Below are positions 45,101 through 54,626 of a stretch of DNA of 64,000 bases, one piece after another. Source of the stretch: a virus (taxonomy: Duplodnaviria; Caudoviricetes); the IMG/VR virus record IMGVR_UViG_3300019889_000014, positions 23 to 64,022 of that record, one strand, 5' to 3'. Positions within the stretch are counted from its first letter, which is position 1. Every line of letters begins with the position of its first letter. The translations under genes were made by a program, and so were the position numbers. The notes beneath the pieces are model-generated. The model did no database searches, was not told the DNA's origin, and saw nothing but the letters and a program-made list of their open reading frames with translations.

Positions 45101-47114
45101 CATCCATTTCGGCGAAGTCGTCCAGCAGGATCACGGCGCCGTCGACCGCCTTCACCCGCCCCGCAGCGATGCCCCAGCGGGTGACATTGGACTGGACCAG
45201 GGTCAGGTCACCACGGTTGACCCGCAGGCTCTCCCAGGCTGTCGAGAAGGAATACGTATCCGCCCGCGCCTGCAGCTCGCGGAACCGGCGCTGGCCCTCC
45301 GTCCAGACCTTGCCCGCGTCGGTGACGCCTCGGAACTCGATGGTCTCGAAGTTGGTCGCCAGTTCCGGCGTCACGCCCTCGCGGTAGATGATCCGCTCGT
45401 CCTGCCCCCAATCGAACTCTCGGTCGACGAACCGGCAGCGCCAGGCGTCCGGGATCTCGCGATACGTCCGCTCGACCTGGAAATCCCAGGAGTTGCGGTC
45501 GGTGAAGTGATCGGCGGCGACGGCTTGCGCCCGATCCTGGATCACGCTCCACTTGCCGTTCGGCCGCGCCGGGTTCGCCCGCCCGACCGTGGCGATATCG
45601 GTCAGGGTCTCCAGCACCGAAGACTGGGCATCCCGGACCATGTTGAACTCCAGCCCCTTGGCGAGGCAGGCGCCATGCCAATCCTGGAGCGTCACGAGGT
45701 CGATCTGGCTGTCCATGCGGGGCAGCGCATTGGCCGGGTGCTGGAGCGTGTACCGGTAGAGCGACGCGGGATTGGAGGTCTCGACATCGTCCACCCAAGC
45801 CGAGCCGTTCCAATCCTTGCAGCGCGACGTGCAGATGGCCGTCAGGTTGTCGATGATGCCGTTCAGCTGGCCCTGGGCCTTGATCCGCAGCGCCAACAGG
45901 GCCAGCGGCTTGGCGAAGGTGAACGGCACCTCGTGACGGATGGTCCGGAGCGCCGTCCAGATCTGGGATTGGGTTTCGCTGTCGTCGTTGGTGCAGCGCA
46001 GGCGAACGTCATACTGGCCGCGAGTGACCGACCAAACCTTGCCAATCCGGAAGGGATCTTGCTTCTTTTCTTCAATATCAAAGGTTCCGAAGTGAATCCA
46101 GTCAATCGCGCCGACTTCGCGGTACTCGACTTCAATAACCGACGAGGTTACTTTCGGCTTTCCTTTGGAACTGAACTTGACGAGACCTTGCGGATAGGTC
46201 CAATCGATACTGATCTCGTCGCAATCGGGGTCGGTGCGCTGGACAACAAACGGGTCGCCTTCTGGCATCTCGATGGACAGGGACTGTTCGAGAACCTGGC
46301 CGGGGTAGAGCGTGATCGGCGCGTCACCTGGCAGGCCCTCGCGCAGCTCCATCTGCACGTCGTCGTAGTCGGCCAGGAGCGTGTTGCCGATCCGGATGTC
46401 CTCGATCCGGATCGGGCCATAGCCGAACACGAAAAGCTGGCGGAGCCACTGGTCGTTGCCCGAGGCTTCCGTGTAGGACCGGGCCGCATAGAGCGGCGCG
46501 AAGCGATGCCGGCCGAGCATGACCGGGATGGCGCCCCAAGGCGACGCTGAGTTCCGGCCGCCGCCGATCGAATAGGTCGTGCTCGGCTGCCGGGTCGAGA
46601 GGCTGGGCGCGCTGATCGGGATCAGCGCGTTGAGCAGCAGGTTGCCGGCAAAGGCGAGGCCGGCGGTGATCAGCGCCGTGGTCGCCGCCAGGGTCGCAGC
46701 AGCAGCAGCAGAGGCCGTGCCGGCGGCAACCGCCGCTGCCGTCAGCGGCAGCAGCGCGCCGGCCAGGTACGGCGCCGCAAAGGCCACCGCGACCACGATG
46801 GCGATGCCGATCAGGATGCGGCCGATATTGCCCTGCGGCACCAGGATGAAATCGACAGTGACGCCGGCCTTGGGCTTGACCAGGTGCCAGAGGTGCGACG
46901 GCACTTCATGCTGGCCGATCCGCGCCGAACCATGGCTCCGCAGGATCGGGTCGATGGTGTCGCCGTAGGCCATGGCGACCAGCTCGGCGAGCGTCTTGCC
47001 GACCGGCGCCATGATCTCGACGCGATCGAGCACCAGCGGCGACCGGCGCGAGATGACACGGATACGGGGGTCGATCGCCTCGGAGAGGTCGATCCGGAAA
47101 TCGCCGTCGGGCAT
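42177..47114 (-). CDS. tip attachment/host specificity protein (J-like) with Ig-like repeats
   Basis: IPVMLGRHRFAP, SNPA..Y, central J-like region; TPTI.GT..W Big-type repeats. Confidence 0.85.
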   Translation of the reverse strand: MPDGDFRIDLSEAIDPRIRVISRRSPLVLDRVEIMAPVGKTLAELVAMAYGDTIDPILRSHGSARIGQHEVPSHLWHLVKPKAGVTVDFILVPQGNIGRILIGIAIVVAVAFAAPYLAGALLPLTAAAVAAGTASAAAAATLAATTALITAGLAFAGNLLLNALIPISAPSLSTRQPSTTYSIGGGRNSASPWGAIPVMLGRHRFAPLYAARSYTEASGNDQWLRQLFVFGYGPIRIEDIRIGNTLLADYDDVQMELREGLPGDAPITLYPGQVLEQSLSIEMPEGDPFVVQRTDPDCDEISIDWTYPQGLVKFSSKGKPKVTSSVIEVEYREVGAIDWIHFGTFDIEEKKQDPFRIGKVWSVTRGQYDVRLRCTNDDSETQSQIWTALRTIRHEVPFTFAKPLALLALRIKAQGQLNGIIDNLTAICTSRCKDWNGSAWVDDVETSNPASLYRYTLQHPANALPRMDSQIDLVTLQDWHGACLAKGLEFNMVRDAQSSVLETLTDIATVGRANPARPNGKWSVIQDRAQAVAADHFTDRNSWDFQVERTYREIPDAWRCRFVDREFDWGQDERIIYREGVTPELATNFETIEFRGVTDAGKVWTEGQRRFRELQARADTYSFSTAWESLRVNRGDLTLVQSNVTRWGIAAGRVKAVDGAVILLDDFAEMDGVASYVIRFRRPDGSTLVRDVESLAGRFTTLTLTGAGASPSVGDLWMFGLVNFETHRLVVKAIEPTEDHLAKVTAVDEAMPYIEEADDIDVPVWVPRTPYPDDTVPAVPQIIAVSSGNSQQVVADDGSVYSPVTVGVAAGQGGPVPTASFQIQHRYQGTTQWQTENLVGGVNSVALQGYVFEDLIEIRARALSRDGIASAWTSPPFEHVVQVRTVPPPTIDSFTYVQLASKTRQYHWVVSDPEADGPPPDLLGYRIRYKLGIGAGHAWADLTPLHTGTLSSSPLETTIPQVAGTYTFGIVSVNSTLIEGTPLLVVIDLPGGVAPNPPIITTLSQITSDNTPTIAGTADPTTTIHVFANSVDQGTAAVVLGAWSLTLPTLLDATYTITAIAYDGAGQPSDPSAPITVTVDTVTPSAPVISTSSPLSTTDTTPTINGTGETGCSLQVFRAGSTPAAAPVTVTGGAWTVDLTALAIGSYAITAKQTDTAAHTSPASTTLTLNIIPVAPAISTSSATIGNTNPVVAGTSTASASVGVYADGVLNTTVSADGSGNWTATLASLAGGARSITARQTISGQTSVDSSAITLTVVWYDPDASIHADFKGGNYRLNGVGSTLAGIFDIITTSAQIVTNADGTLHPIAANAAPVCDRGLELWENRTNRNSNRNANPTDLTGMTLSGDAAATLTRVDDSAAMGAGTTLGALLTATTINGFVYRLNNSAGVADAFATISGTIAAVGACRGSIVYRGSAGRIEIGGATAVSFGASTPYVRVGGSRTAAAIGEQMRIAAPAGADIYFILNQFENGAFDTAPIITNAATASRSAPLIQHTAGVDFNSTEGYFGARAKVAVGTTNSGIVVGSIQTTISDGNLIQFTTTTAMRGLTQVGAAATGLASQAVTATNMTSGIYGYKAGDFGFSANGLATVTDVAGAVPTTTPVKITVSLAVTPPLNGVVEQVKWGTAKPSNTVIQAKSGWTTLT

Positions 47115-47521
47115 CAGGCTTCGATCAGCCGATAGAACCCGACGACGCGCAGCCGGAACTCAGGGTCCGTCCAGCGCTGGACGCGGGACGTGCTGTCGGC
47201 TTCGATGTGCAGCATCCGGCCGGGCGCCACGACCAGGCCGACATGGACCGGCCTGGTCCCCTCGCGCAGCAGGATGAAATCCCAGGGCAGCACGTCCGGC
47301 TCGGCGACCGGCGCGAACATCGCCTCGATCTCGGCGTCGATCGCGCGCTGGATCGCGACCCGGTCGAGGACGTTCGTGTAGTCGTGGTGGAAGCTCTGGA
47401 GCAGGATGGCGCGCTTCTCGGCGTATGCGAGCCGGCACAGCCCCCAGCAGTCCACACCCTTCCGGTCCCTGCCCTTTTCCATCCAGGGCAAGCCGAGGTA
47501 GTCGTCCGACCAGTGCGCCAT
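47114..47521 (-). CDS. NlpC/P60 tail tip protein
   Basis: YLGLPW..GRD..GVDCWGL...HVG. Confidence 0.88.
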   Translation of the reverse strand: MAHWSDDYLGLPWMEKGRDRKGVDCWGLCRLAYAEKRAILLQSFHHDYTNVLDRVAIQRAIDAEIEAMFAPVAEPDVLPWDFILLREGTRPVHVGLVVAPGRMLHIEADSTSRVQRWTDPEFRLRVVGFYRLIEA

Positions 47522-48045
47522 CAGAACAGCGTCGGGAAGGCGCCAGGGGTGAAGGTGCCAGCCGGGAACGGCTCGGTCGCGAAATTGTCCATCGCCAGGT
47601 CGATCTGGACGATCTCCGCGTTGAACGTGGCCTTGGTCGTCTGAAGGTCATCCCAGGCGACCTCGACGATATCGGGCGTGGACGACAGGACGCATTCGAT
47701 CAGGACGAATGCCGGCGTCGGCACCAGCTGGAGCAGATCACTCACCCGATGCACGTCCTCCTGGAGTCCTTCAATTGAGATGTTGTCGAGCACCAGGCGC
47801 GCACGCGGCGCCGCCTGGTCCTGGTCGTCGGGCATCACGGCGCTGACCGGGATGAAGACGAATTGGTTGCCGCGGCTCACGGTGCCGTAGATCAACGGGT
47901 CTTCGGACAAGCGCTGCGTCGGGTCCGTCGAGATGCGGATCGGCTCGACCAGCGACGGGTGCGTGAAGGTGATCAGCACCACCAAGACCTTGTCGCTCTC
48001 CTGCGCGAAGATCGCTTCGCGCAGGGTGATCGACAGCGTCCTCAC
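47521..48045 (-). CDS. DUF1833-like minor tail protein
   Basis: LITFTHP, LVLDNI, EPFPAGTFTP..FP.LF. Confidence 0.8.
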   Translation of the reverse strand: MRTLSITLREAIFAQESDKVLVVLITFTHPSLVEPIRISTDPTQRLSEDPLIYGTVSRGNQFVFIPVSAVMPDDQDQAAPRARLVLDNISIEGLQEDVHRVSDLLQLVPTPAFVLIECVLSSTPDIVEVAWDDLQTTKATFNAEIVQIDLAMDNFATEPFPAGTFTPGAFPTLF

Positions 48046-48467
48046 GGCATCCCCTCCAGGCTCATCGCAGCCTGGAAGACGACGGGTCCGTTCGCCGTGT
48101 AGGTCGGCGGCTCGACCATCCGGACGATGATCTTGTAGCCGGTGACGATCTCTTCCCCGGTCTCGGTCGTGATGTCCTCGCCGATCAGGGTCGTCAGGGT
48201 CGTCTCACCCTCGCGCGGGTGCGGGAACCAGAACGGCCACAGGCCGCCGTCCAAGGTCTCCATGAAGAAGTCGTCGAGGATGTGGAGTTGCCAGCCCTGC
48301 AGCATCACGTTCGCCGTGAACGGCCGGACCCCGCCGCTGGTGTATTTGCGGAGGATGGCCGGGCCCTTCTGCGGCTGCGACCGGAGGATGTTGTTGGGCG
48401 GCTTTTCCGAATAGCCGTCGACCAACACCCTCTGAGGGAGGGTGAGCGGCCAGGTCATGGTTGGCAT
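48042..48467 (-). CDS. distal tail protein
   Basis: WP.TLPQ, GP...R, F..TLDGG..PF.FPHP; directly after TMP. Confidence 0.75.
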   Translation of the reverse strand: MPTMTWPLTLPQRVLVDGYSEKPPNNILRSQPQKGPAILRKYTSGGVRPFTANVMLQGWQLHILDDFFMETLDGGLWPFWFPHPREGETTLTTLIGEDITTETGEEIVTGYKIIVRMVEPPTYTANGPVVFQAAMSLEGMP

Positions 48468-51400
48468 CAGCGTCCCCGGAGAGCCGGCGTCGCGCCGTAG
48501 GTCTGTTGCATGCTCTTGGCCATCGGCGAGCCACGCCGACCAAGTTCGGACGCAGCGGCGTTGCCGATAACCGCGACGATGTCGACGCCGCCGGACGAGT
48601 TGCGGGTCTCCTGCTGCCGGACCTCGGAACCGGTGTGGTTCTCGACCGTGAAGTTGTTGACCACAGGCTGAGCCGCTGAGCCGGGGCTGTTCCCGTTCGC
48701 GGCGTTGTCCCGGTGCCGCGGATCGCGCCGGGTCAGGATCTCCTCGCCGCGCAGGACGACCGCCGCCATCTCGTCGCCGGCCAGGCCGCCGTTGTGGTAG
48801 CGCGGCGCGTTCGCGAACAGCGACATCGGCAGGTTCCGGTGCCGCGCCGACTGCCCGACGATGCCGCCAGCGTGGTAGTAGGCGGCGTCGGACGAGCCGA
48901 TATAGGGCGAGGTGCTGGTGCCGATTGTGCCGGACGAGGCCCCGCCACCGATCAGTGACCCGAAGAACTGCCCGACGGCGCTGAAGAAGCCGCCACCGCC
49001 ACCGGCGCCACCCATCTCCTTGGACACCGCCTGGATGCCCTGAAGGATCGCCGACAGGACGCTGCCGAAGCCGGAGACGAAGATGTTCGACGACGCGGCC
49101 ATGCCGTTGGCCAGGCGCCCCAGCACGCCGCCGAACGTATCGCTGAAGGTGTTGGCGTTGGCCGCGATCTTGGTGGTCGCATCCGCCATCGTGTCGGCAC
49201 CGGCGCCGCCGAGGGGGGCGCTGGTGCCGATGCTGCCGTTGATCGGCGCGTCCGGCCGGTTCGGGATCATCGAGCCCGGAACGCTCTCCATGTTGACGGT
49301 GGCCGACCCGATCGACAGGGTCGCCGTCCCGACCGTGGCGGTGATCCCGTTCGACAGGGCCTTGGACAGGTCGATGTTGCCGTTGGCTGCCGTGATGTCG
49401 TTGGCGGGCTTGACCGGCTCCTTCGGCTTGTTCCCCATGATGTCGCCGAGGATGCCGCCGATATCGGACACGGTCGGGTCGTTGCCGCCGAACAGCGAAT
49501 TCTTCAAGGGATTGAGGATCGTGAACTTGATCAAGGCCTGCATGACCTCGGACAGCACGCCCTCGGTGATCGACTGGAAGTTGATCGCCGCCGACTCGCC
49601 CTTGGTGAAGGCTTCGGTGATCGACTCTCCGATCCGGTCGAACGCCTGTTCGAACACCCCGGAGATGGCGGCAGCCGCCGCCTTCTGGCGTTCCAGCGCG
49701 GCGTTCACGCGCTCGGCGCCCTCGACCTGGGTCCGGAAGCTCTCCGCGATCTTGGCGGCATCGGGGATGCCCTGGTCCTGCAGCTGGTTCCGGATCTCCA
49801 GCAGCCGGATTTCGGTGTTGATCGCCGACTGCCGGTCGCCCACCGTCGAAAGCTCGAGCTGGGCTCGCTCGGTGTCGCGCTGCAGGCCCTCGCGGATCTG
49901 CATGGCCTGGGACGCAGCAACGTTGGCGTCCTTCAGGTCATAGGTCGTGTTGACCAGCGCCGTCAGTTCCGCCCGCTGGGCCGGGGTGATCTTCTTGCCC
50001 TGCAGATCGGAGACGGCGTTGTACCGCTCGGTCGCCCGCTCGGCCGCCGCGACCGCGCCGGCACCCTCCTGGTAGGCCGTCGCCAAGCGCTGCTGGGCCT
50101 TCAGCTGGTCCATCAGGTTGCGCTTGAGTTCGGGGAACGGGTCCGCCTTGGCCTTCGCGTCCGGGTCTTCGCCGCCAACCTGCAAGCCATACGGCCGAGG
50201 GAGCGGGATCGGCGGGAAGCTGCCGTCGATCATCTGCGGCGTGCCGACGTTCTCGGGCCGTTTCGCGAAGGCGTTGGCGGGGTCGCTGCGGCGCGATTCC
50301 AGCGCAGCGGCGCGCATGATCCCGGCCCACACGTCGCTGAAATAGGTGCCGAGGGCGTCGATCCATTTGACGAGCGGGTCGTAGACGACGCGCTTCGCCC
50401 AATCCGTGGCGATCTGGGCGCCGTCCTTCAGCATGGCGGTGACTTCGCCGACATAGTCCTTGTTGAGGTCTTCTCCGGCCGCCTTCCACGCCTCCAGGAT
50501 GGTCGCATTGGCCTCGGCGAGCGGCTTCGTCAGATCGGGCGGCTTGATGTTCGCAATCGCGGTCCCAAGCTGCGTAATGGCCGTGATCGGGTCGGACCAG
50601 TCCTGACTCGTGAGGGCTTTCGCGAGTTCCGCCAACGGGCGGCTCAGCTCGTCGTAGATGCCCTTGCCGAAGGCGCCCAGCGCCGCGAGGCCGCCAAGCA
50701 TCAGGTCGATGCCGGCCATGAACAGGCCGACGATCGTGTTGACCACTGACTTGGTGTTGTCGGTGATGGCCTTGCCGGTCGCGGTCCAGATTCCACCGAT
50801 CTTGTTGCCGAGATCGGTCCAGGATTGCAGCAGGTAGTCGATCAGCTCCTGCGTCCGCTGGACTTCCGCCTTCTGCTCCGCCGAGAGGCTATTCGAGAAC
50901 CCAGCCGGCAGGGCACCTCCGCCGCCGGACATCGCGTTCGCGGCCTGCGTCCGCAGCTTCGCTTGGGCCGCCCCGACCCCAGGATAGCGCGGCTCCTCGC
51001 CCATCAGGGTGCCGGTAAAGCTCGGGTCGCCAGGCGCGCGCCGGGGCGCCACGAAGATGGCGAGCATATCGCGCAGGTTCGTCTCGGCGCCGGCCGACTC
51101 GATCTTGATCTTGGCCAGCTTGTCCGAAATCTCGTCGAGGATGGCGGTCGCACCGGAGGCGACGCGCGGCATCACCTTTTCCCAGTGCTCGAACCCGTCC
51201 GACAGCTCGTACAGCGCCACGCCCAGAGCGACGGCCACGCGCAGCAGCGTGTAGAACACGTTCGCCGACATCGCGGTGTTCAAGGCGATGATGGCGAGCC
51301 GCAGATCGTTGACGAACCGCACCAGGCGCAGCGCCAACATGATCTTCATGATGCCGATGACCAGGTCGAGGTTCCTGCCCATCCAGAGCGCGGCATCGGC

Positions 51401-52282
51401 CGCCATCCGGATGCCGACCGCGAGGGCTTCGGCAAACTTCACCCCGGCCTGGAACGCCTCCGGCGACTCCAGCAGATCCGCCAAGCTGTTGACCGTGTTC
51501 GCCAGGGTCATGGTCGCCCCGGCCGCCTGGCTGACCGTGCCGACATAGCGCAGCATGGCATTGTGGACGACGACCATGGCGCCATCGACGGTCAGCGGCA
51601 GCAGCTTGAATTCCTCGTCGATCTGCTTGCTGACCGCGAGCAGGGTCGTGGCGAGGGTGCGCGAGCTGAGCCGGCCTTCGGCGGCCATCTTGTAGAGTTC
51701 GTCGCGGGTGATGCCGAGCTTCTCGGTCAGGGCGATGGCGATGCGCGGCATGTTCTCCAGCACCGACCGGAATTCATCGCCGCGCAGCGTGCCGGACGCC
51801 AGAGCCTGGGATAGCTGCAGCACGCCGCCCCGGACCTCGGACGCCGCCGCGCCGCCAATCACGAGGGCTTTGTTCACCGTCTCGGTGATCCGGAGCATCT
51901 GCTCCTGGCTGAGCTTCAGTTCCTTGGTGTTCTGGGCGAGCCGGACGTACAGCTGAGCCGTGCCCTCCAGGCCGGAGCGGCTGCGCTGGGCGACCTGGTA
52001 CAGCCGCTCCTGAACGGCAATCGCCTCCTCGTGCGAGGCGGTGACCAGGTTGATGCGGCCCTGCATCCGCGCCCACGCGTCGGCGTATTGGATCAGCTTG
52101 ACGGTCCCGAGCGCCGCAGCGAGGCTCAGGATCGCGCCGGTCAGGCCGCCAAAGGCACGGGTAGACCGGATCGCCTGGGCCTCGGCCCGACCGCCCGTCC
52201 GCGTCAGGTTGTCAAGACGACCCTCCGCTTCCCCCAGCGCCGTGGTGTTGACGAGGATGTCGAGGCGGGCGACTTCCGCCAT
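48467..52282 (-). CDS. tape measure protein
   Basis: QLSQALASG.LRGDEF.SV.E tape-measure domain; 1271 aa, Ala-rich; YHAGG motif. Confidence 0.92.
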   Translation of the reverse strand: MAEVARLDILVNTTALGEAEGRLDNLTRTGGRAEAQAIRSTRAFGGLTGAILSLAAALGTVKLIQYADAWARMQGRINLVTASHEEAIAVQERLYQVAQRSRSGLEGTAQLYVRLAQNTKELKLSQEQMLRITETVNKALVIGGAAASEVRGGVLQLSQALASGTLRGDEFRSVLENMPRIAIALTEKLGITRDELYKMAAEGRLSSRTLATTLLAVSKQIDEEFKLLPLTVDGAMVVVHNAMLRYVGTVSQAAGATMTLANTVNSLADLLESPEAFQAGVKFAEALAVGIRMAADAALWMGRNLDLVIGIMKIMLALRLVRFVNDLRLAIIALNTAMSANVFYTLLRVAVALGVALYELSDGFEHWEKVMPRVASGATAILDEISDKLAKIKIESAGAETNLRDMLAIFVAPRRAPGDPSFTGTLMGEEPRYPGVGAAQAKLRTQAANAMSGGGGALPAGFSNSLSAEQKAEVQRTQELIDYLLQSWTDLGNKIGGIWTATGKAITDNTKSVVNTIVGLFMAGIDLMLGGLAALGAFGKGIYDELSRPLAELAKALTSQDWSDPITAITQLGTAIANIKPPDLTKPLAEANATILEAWKAAGEDLNKDYVGEVTAMLKDGAQIATDWAKRVVYDPLVKWIDALGTYFSDVWAGIMRAAALESRRSDPANAFAKRPENVGTPQMIDGSFPPIPLPRPYGLQVGGEDPDAKAKADPFPELKRNLMDQLKAQQRLATAYQEGAGAVAAAERATERYNAVSDLQGKKITPAQRAELTALVNTTYDLKDANVAASQAMQIREGLQRDTERAQLELSTVGDRQSAINTEIRLLEIRNQLQDQGIPDAAKIAESFRTQVEGAERVNAALERQKAAAAAISGVFEQAFDRIGESITEAFTKGESAAINFQSITEGVLSEVMQALIKFTILNPLKNSLFGGNDPTVSDIGGILGDIMGNKPKEPVKPANDITAANGNIDLSKALSNGITATVGTATLSIGSATVNMESVPGSMIPNRPDAPINGSIGTSAPLGGAGADTMADATTKIAANANTFSDTFGGVLGRLANGMAASSNIFVSGFGSVLSAILQGIQAVSKEMGGAGGGGGFFSAVGQFFGSLIGGGASSGTIGTSTSPYIGSSDAAYYHAGGIVGQSARHRNLPMSLFANAPRYHNGGLAGDEMAAVVLRGEEILTRRDPRHRDNAANGNSPGSAAQPVVNNFTVENHTGSEVRQQETRNSSGGVDIVAVIGNAAASELGRRGSPMAKSMQQTYGATPALRGR

Positions 52283-52655
52283 CAGTCTTCCCCGCCGCCT
52301 GAGTCTGCAGCCATGCCAGATCCAGCCGCTTGATCGCCTCGATCTCCCATGGCTGCAGCCGGATGCCGGTTAGCCGGGCCCATGCTTCCAGGTCCGCGAG
52401 GATGAGAGGTGACGGTCCGAAGCCGCCCGAGCCGCGCCATTCGTGCAGGCTGAGGAACCAGCCATAGACCCGCTCGCCGCCGTAAGGGATCGGCACCGCC
52501 TCCAGGTCGGGCAGAGACCGGCCGGTTTGGCGCAGATACTTTTCGAGGTGCGCCCGGCGCGTGTTGCCGTCTGGAGTTGCGACATGAAGGCGGAATTCAC
52601 GGACGGCGAAGTCGACCAGTTCATCGGTCAGATCGGCGCGGACGGCTTCAAAAAA
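52212..52655 (-). CDS. tail assembly chaperone C-terminal part, reached by -1 frameshift
   Basis: WF.SL...R..GGFGP.PL...D..AW..L...PWE...I..LD; open frame from slippery AAATTTTTTG. Confidence 0.7.
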   Translation of the reverse strand, partial: FFEAVRADLTDELVDFAVREFRLHVATPDGNTRRAHLEKYLRQTGRSLPDLEAVPIPYGGERVYGWFLSLHEWRGSGGFGPSPLILADLEAWARLTGIRLQPWEIEAIKRLDLAWLQTQAAGKTDGGSRPPRHPRQHHGAGGSGGSS

Positions 52656-53047
52656 TTTGACCGGGCCATGAAGAAGCCGAACGCCTGTTCAAAGGTCCAG
52701 GGCGCCCGTTCGAACAACTCCTTGACGGCTTCGACCGAATACTCGATCAGGCCGTCGTCGCCCGGAACGTTGTCCAGTTCGACGATGACTTTTGCCATCA
52801 TGTCCTTGTAGACAGCGGTCTCGAATTCGAGGTTGCGGCGCTGACGGTTCCGGAGCTTGCCCGCCTCGATCTTCTCGGCCGCCTTCTGCTGCAGCTTCTG
52901 AGCCTTCTCGCCATCGGCGCCGAGGATCTTGAACCGGATGGGCTTGCCGTTGTGGGTCAGATCTTCGCCGTTCGTCGGATGCTCAAGCGGCATCCACACG
53001 CCCTCGTCGGACAGGGTGACGGTATCAATGTCATAGATGCTGGTCAT
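52628..53047 (-). CDS. tail assembly chaperone
   Basis: Between tail tube and TMP genes; ends RSNFL. Confidence 0.75.
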   Translation of the reverse strand: MTSIYDIDTVTLSDEGVWMPLEHPTNGEDLTHNGKPIRFKILGADGEKAQKLQQKAAEKIEAGKLRNRQRRNLEFETAVYKDMMAKVIVELDNVPGDDGLIEYSVEAVKELFERAPWTFEQAFGFFMARSNFLKPSAPI

Positions 53048-53193
53048 TCCAACCTCGTCAGGAGGGTTGTGGCGGCGCGGAGAGGTGGGCGGCGCAGTGC
53101 CGCCTGACCCGGTGCCGCGCCGCCCTGGCCGCTCGCGAGAACGGCCACCCGCCACGGTCGCGCCCCGCAGCGGATCGCGTTGTCGAGCCAGGC

Positions 53194-54144
53194 TCAGGTG
53201 CCCGTGCGCTCGATGGTCATGGTGGTGTCATCGGTCTCGTCGTAGATCGCCCGGAACGGGGCGTTGATCTCGATCGGGCCGGACTGCGGCGGGTCCATGT
53301 CGCCGGCATTGATCTTCACGCGGTTGAAGGCGAAGCCCATGAAATCGGTGCCGTTCAGGTCGTCGAGCCGCAGCCGGATCTCCACTTCGGTCTCGTTGAA
53401 GAAGGCCGAGTAGACCGGGCTGTCGTCCTCCAGGAAGGCCGTCAAGGTGCCCTCCACCACCGCCCTGCCCTCGAACACGTCCGGGCTGAACTTCGACCCG
53501 ACGACCGGCACGACCGACCGGTTGTTGTTGATCGTCAGCTGGATGCCGGTGACCACGCCGATCGCCGTTCCCTCGAACAGCAACTCGCCCTCGAAGGACG
53601 AGAACGGGTCATGCGACGGCGCCGCAGCCGGGACGCCGAGCGTCGTGTTGAGCATGTCGGTGAAGGACATCCCGACGAAATCCATGGTGCCGCCGACCAT
53701 GCCCTCCGGCGGGATGTTCAGCTGAATGCGGTTGACGGCGCAGCCGCGCAGGATCTGGTAGCGGGCAATGTCGGTGAACCGGCGCTCGAACGAGAAGGTC
53801 TGCACGTCGGCCGCGCCGAGCTTCAGCACCTGGGTTGCCCCGGTGAAGATCGGCGTCACGCCGGCCGCCGCCCAGGCGCCAGCCAGGCCGCCCTCCAGCA
53901 TGTCGTCGAAGGCGCCATGGCTCAATTCAAAGCCGAACGAGCCCTGCACCTGGTTGAAGCCGTGCCGGAAACTGACGGTCTGACGGTCCGGGCGAACCTC
54001 CTGGGATTCGAACGTGTTCTTGGCGCCGTTCAGGTTGCGGGTGGTGACCCGAAGGGCCTTCATGCTGGGCGTGACCGGGGTGACGCCTCGCGTCACCTCG
54101 GCGACGTAGCTGGTGCCGACCTTGGCGCCGGAAGCGATGGACAT
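53194..54144 (-). CDS. major tail tube protein
   Basis: YVAEVTRGVTP, ESQEVRPDRQ, FSFERRFTD. Confidence 0.85.
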   Translation of the reverse strand: MSIASGAKVGTSYVAEVTRGVTPVTPSMKALRVTTRNLNGAKNTFESQEVRPDRQTVSFRHGFNQVQGSFGFELSHGAFDDMLEGGLAGAWAAAGVTPIFTGATQVLKLGAADVQTFSFERRFTDIARYQILRGCAVNRIQLNIPPEGMVGGTMDFVGMSFTDMLNTTLGVPAAAPSHDPFSSFEGELLFEGTAIGVVTGIQLTINNNRSVVPVVGSKFSPDVFEGRAVVEGTLTAFLEDDSPVYSAFFNETEVEIRLRLDDLNGTDFMGFAFNRVKINAGDMDPPQSGPIEINAPFRAIYDETDDTTMTIERTGT

Positions 54145-54163
54145 CGCCTATCCTCCAAATGCA

Positions 54164-54188
54164 AAAGGCCCGCCAAAAAGGCGGGCCC
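54164..54188 (-). terminator. possible intrinsic terminator
   Basis: GGCCCGCC-N5-GGCGGGCC followed by TTTT on the minus strand. Confidence 0.5.
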
Positions 54189-54212
54189 CTGGGCAGCCGG
54201 CGTTGCGGCCGA

Positions 54213-54626
54213 CTATGGGTAGCTGTGGGCTCGGTATCCGACCGACACGGGCACGGCGTACCAGTCGACGCCGGGGATGGCGGGGTGGTCCTCCGCGTAG
54301 TCGATCTCGATGTTCAGACCGCCCGAGTGCAGCACGGTGCCCGGCCGGAAGTGGGCAATCACCGCATCGGCGATGACGTTGGCCGGGCCGGCGCCGGGCG
54401 GGTCTTGCTCGGTGCCGGGGATGTTGACGCTGACCTGGTAGATGCCGAGGTGGCGGACCATCAGCGGTTCAAGCGACGTGATCACGCGGCTCGACGCCGG
54501 CAGCAGCGCTGACCGGAGCCAGGGCGTGTTCCGGTTCGGCACGAAGATGATGTTCTCCCAGGCGACGTTGCTGGCCTGGAAGGTTTTCAGATGGCCGTCG
54601 AGGGCGGCCTGGATTGATCCCCTCAT
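54213..54626 (-). CDS. tail terminator-like protein
   Basis: VAWEN..F.P, GIYQVSV, AD....HF..G. Confidence 0.75.
   Translation of the reverse strand: MRGSIQAALDGHLKTFQASNVAWENIIFVPNRNTPWLRSALLPASSRVITSLEPLMVRHLGIYQVSVNIPGTEQDPPGAGPANVIADAVIAHFRPGTVLHSGGLNIEIDYAEDHPAIPGVDWYAVPVSVGYRAHSYP

Noticed and set aside
38107-46550. Very long plus-strand ORFs (581, 988, 836 aa)
   Set aside because: Antisense shadows of GC3-rich tail genes, Arg/Gly-rich with no recognisable motifs
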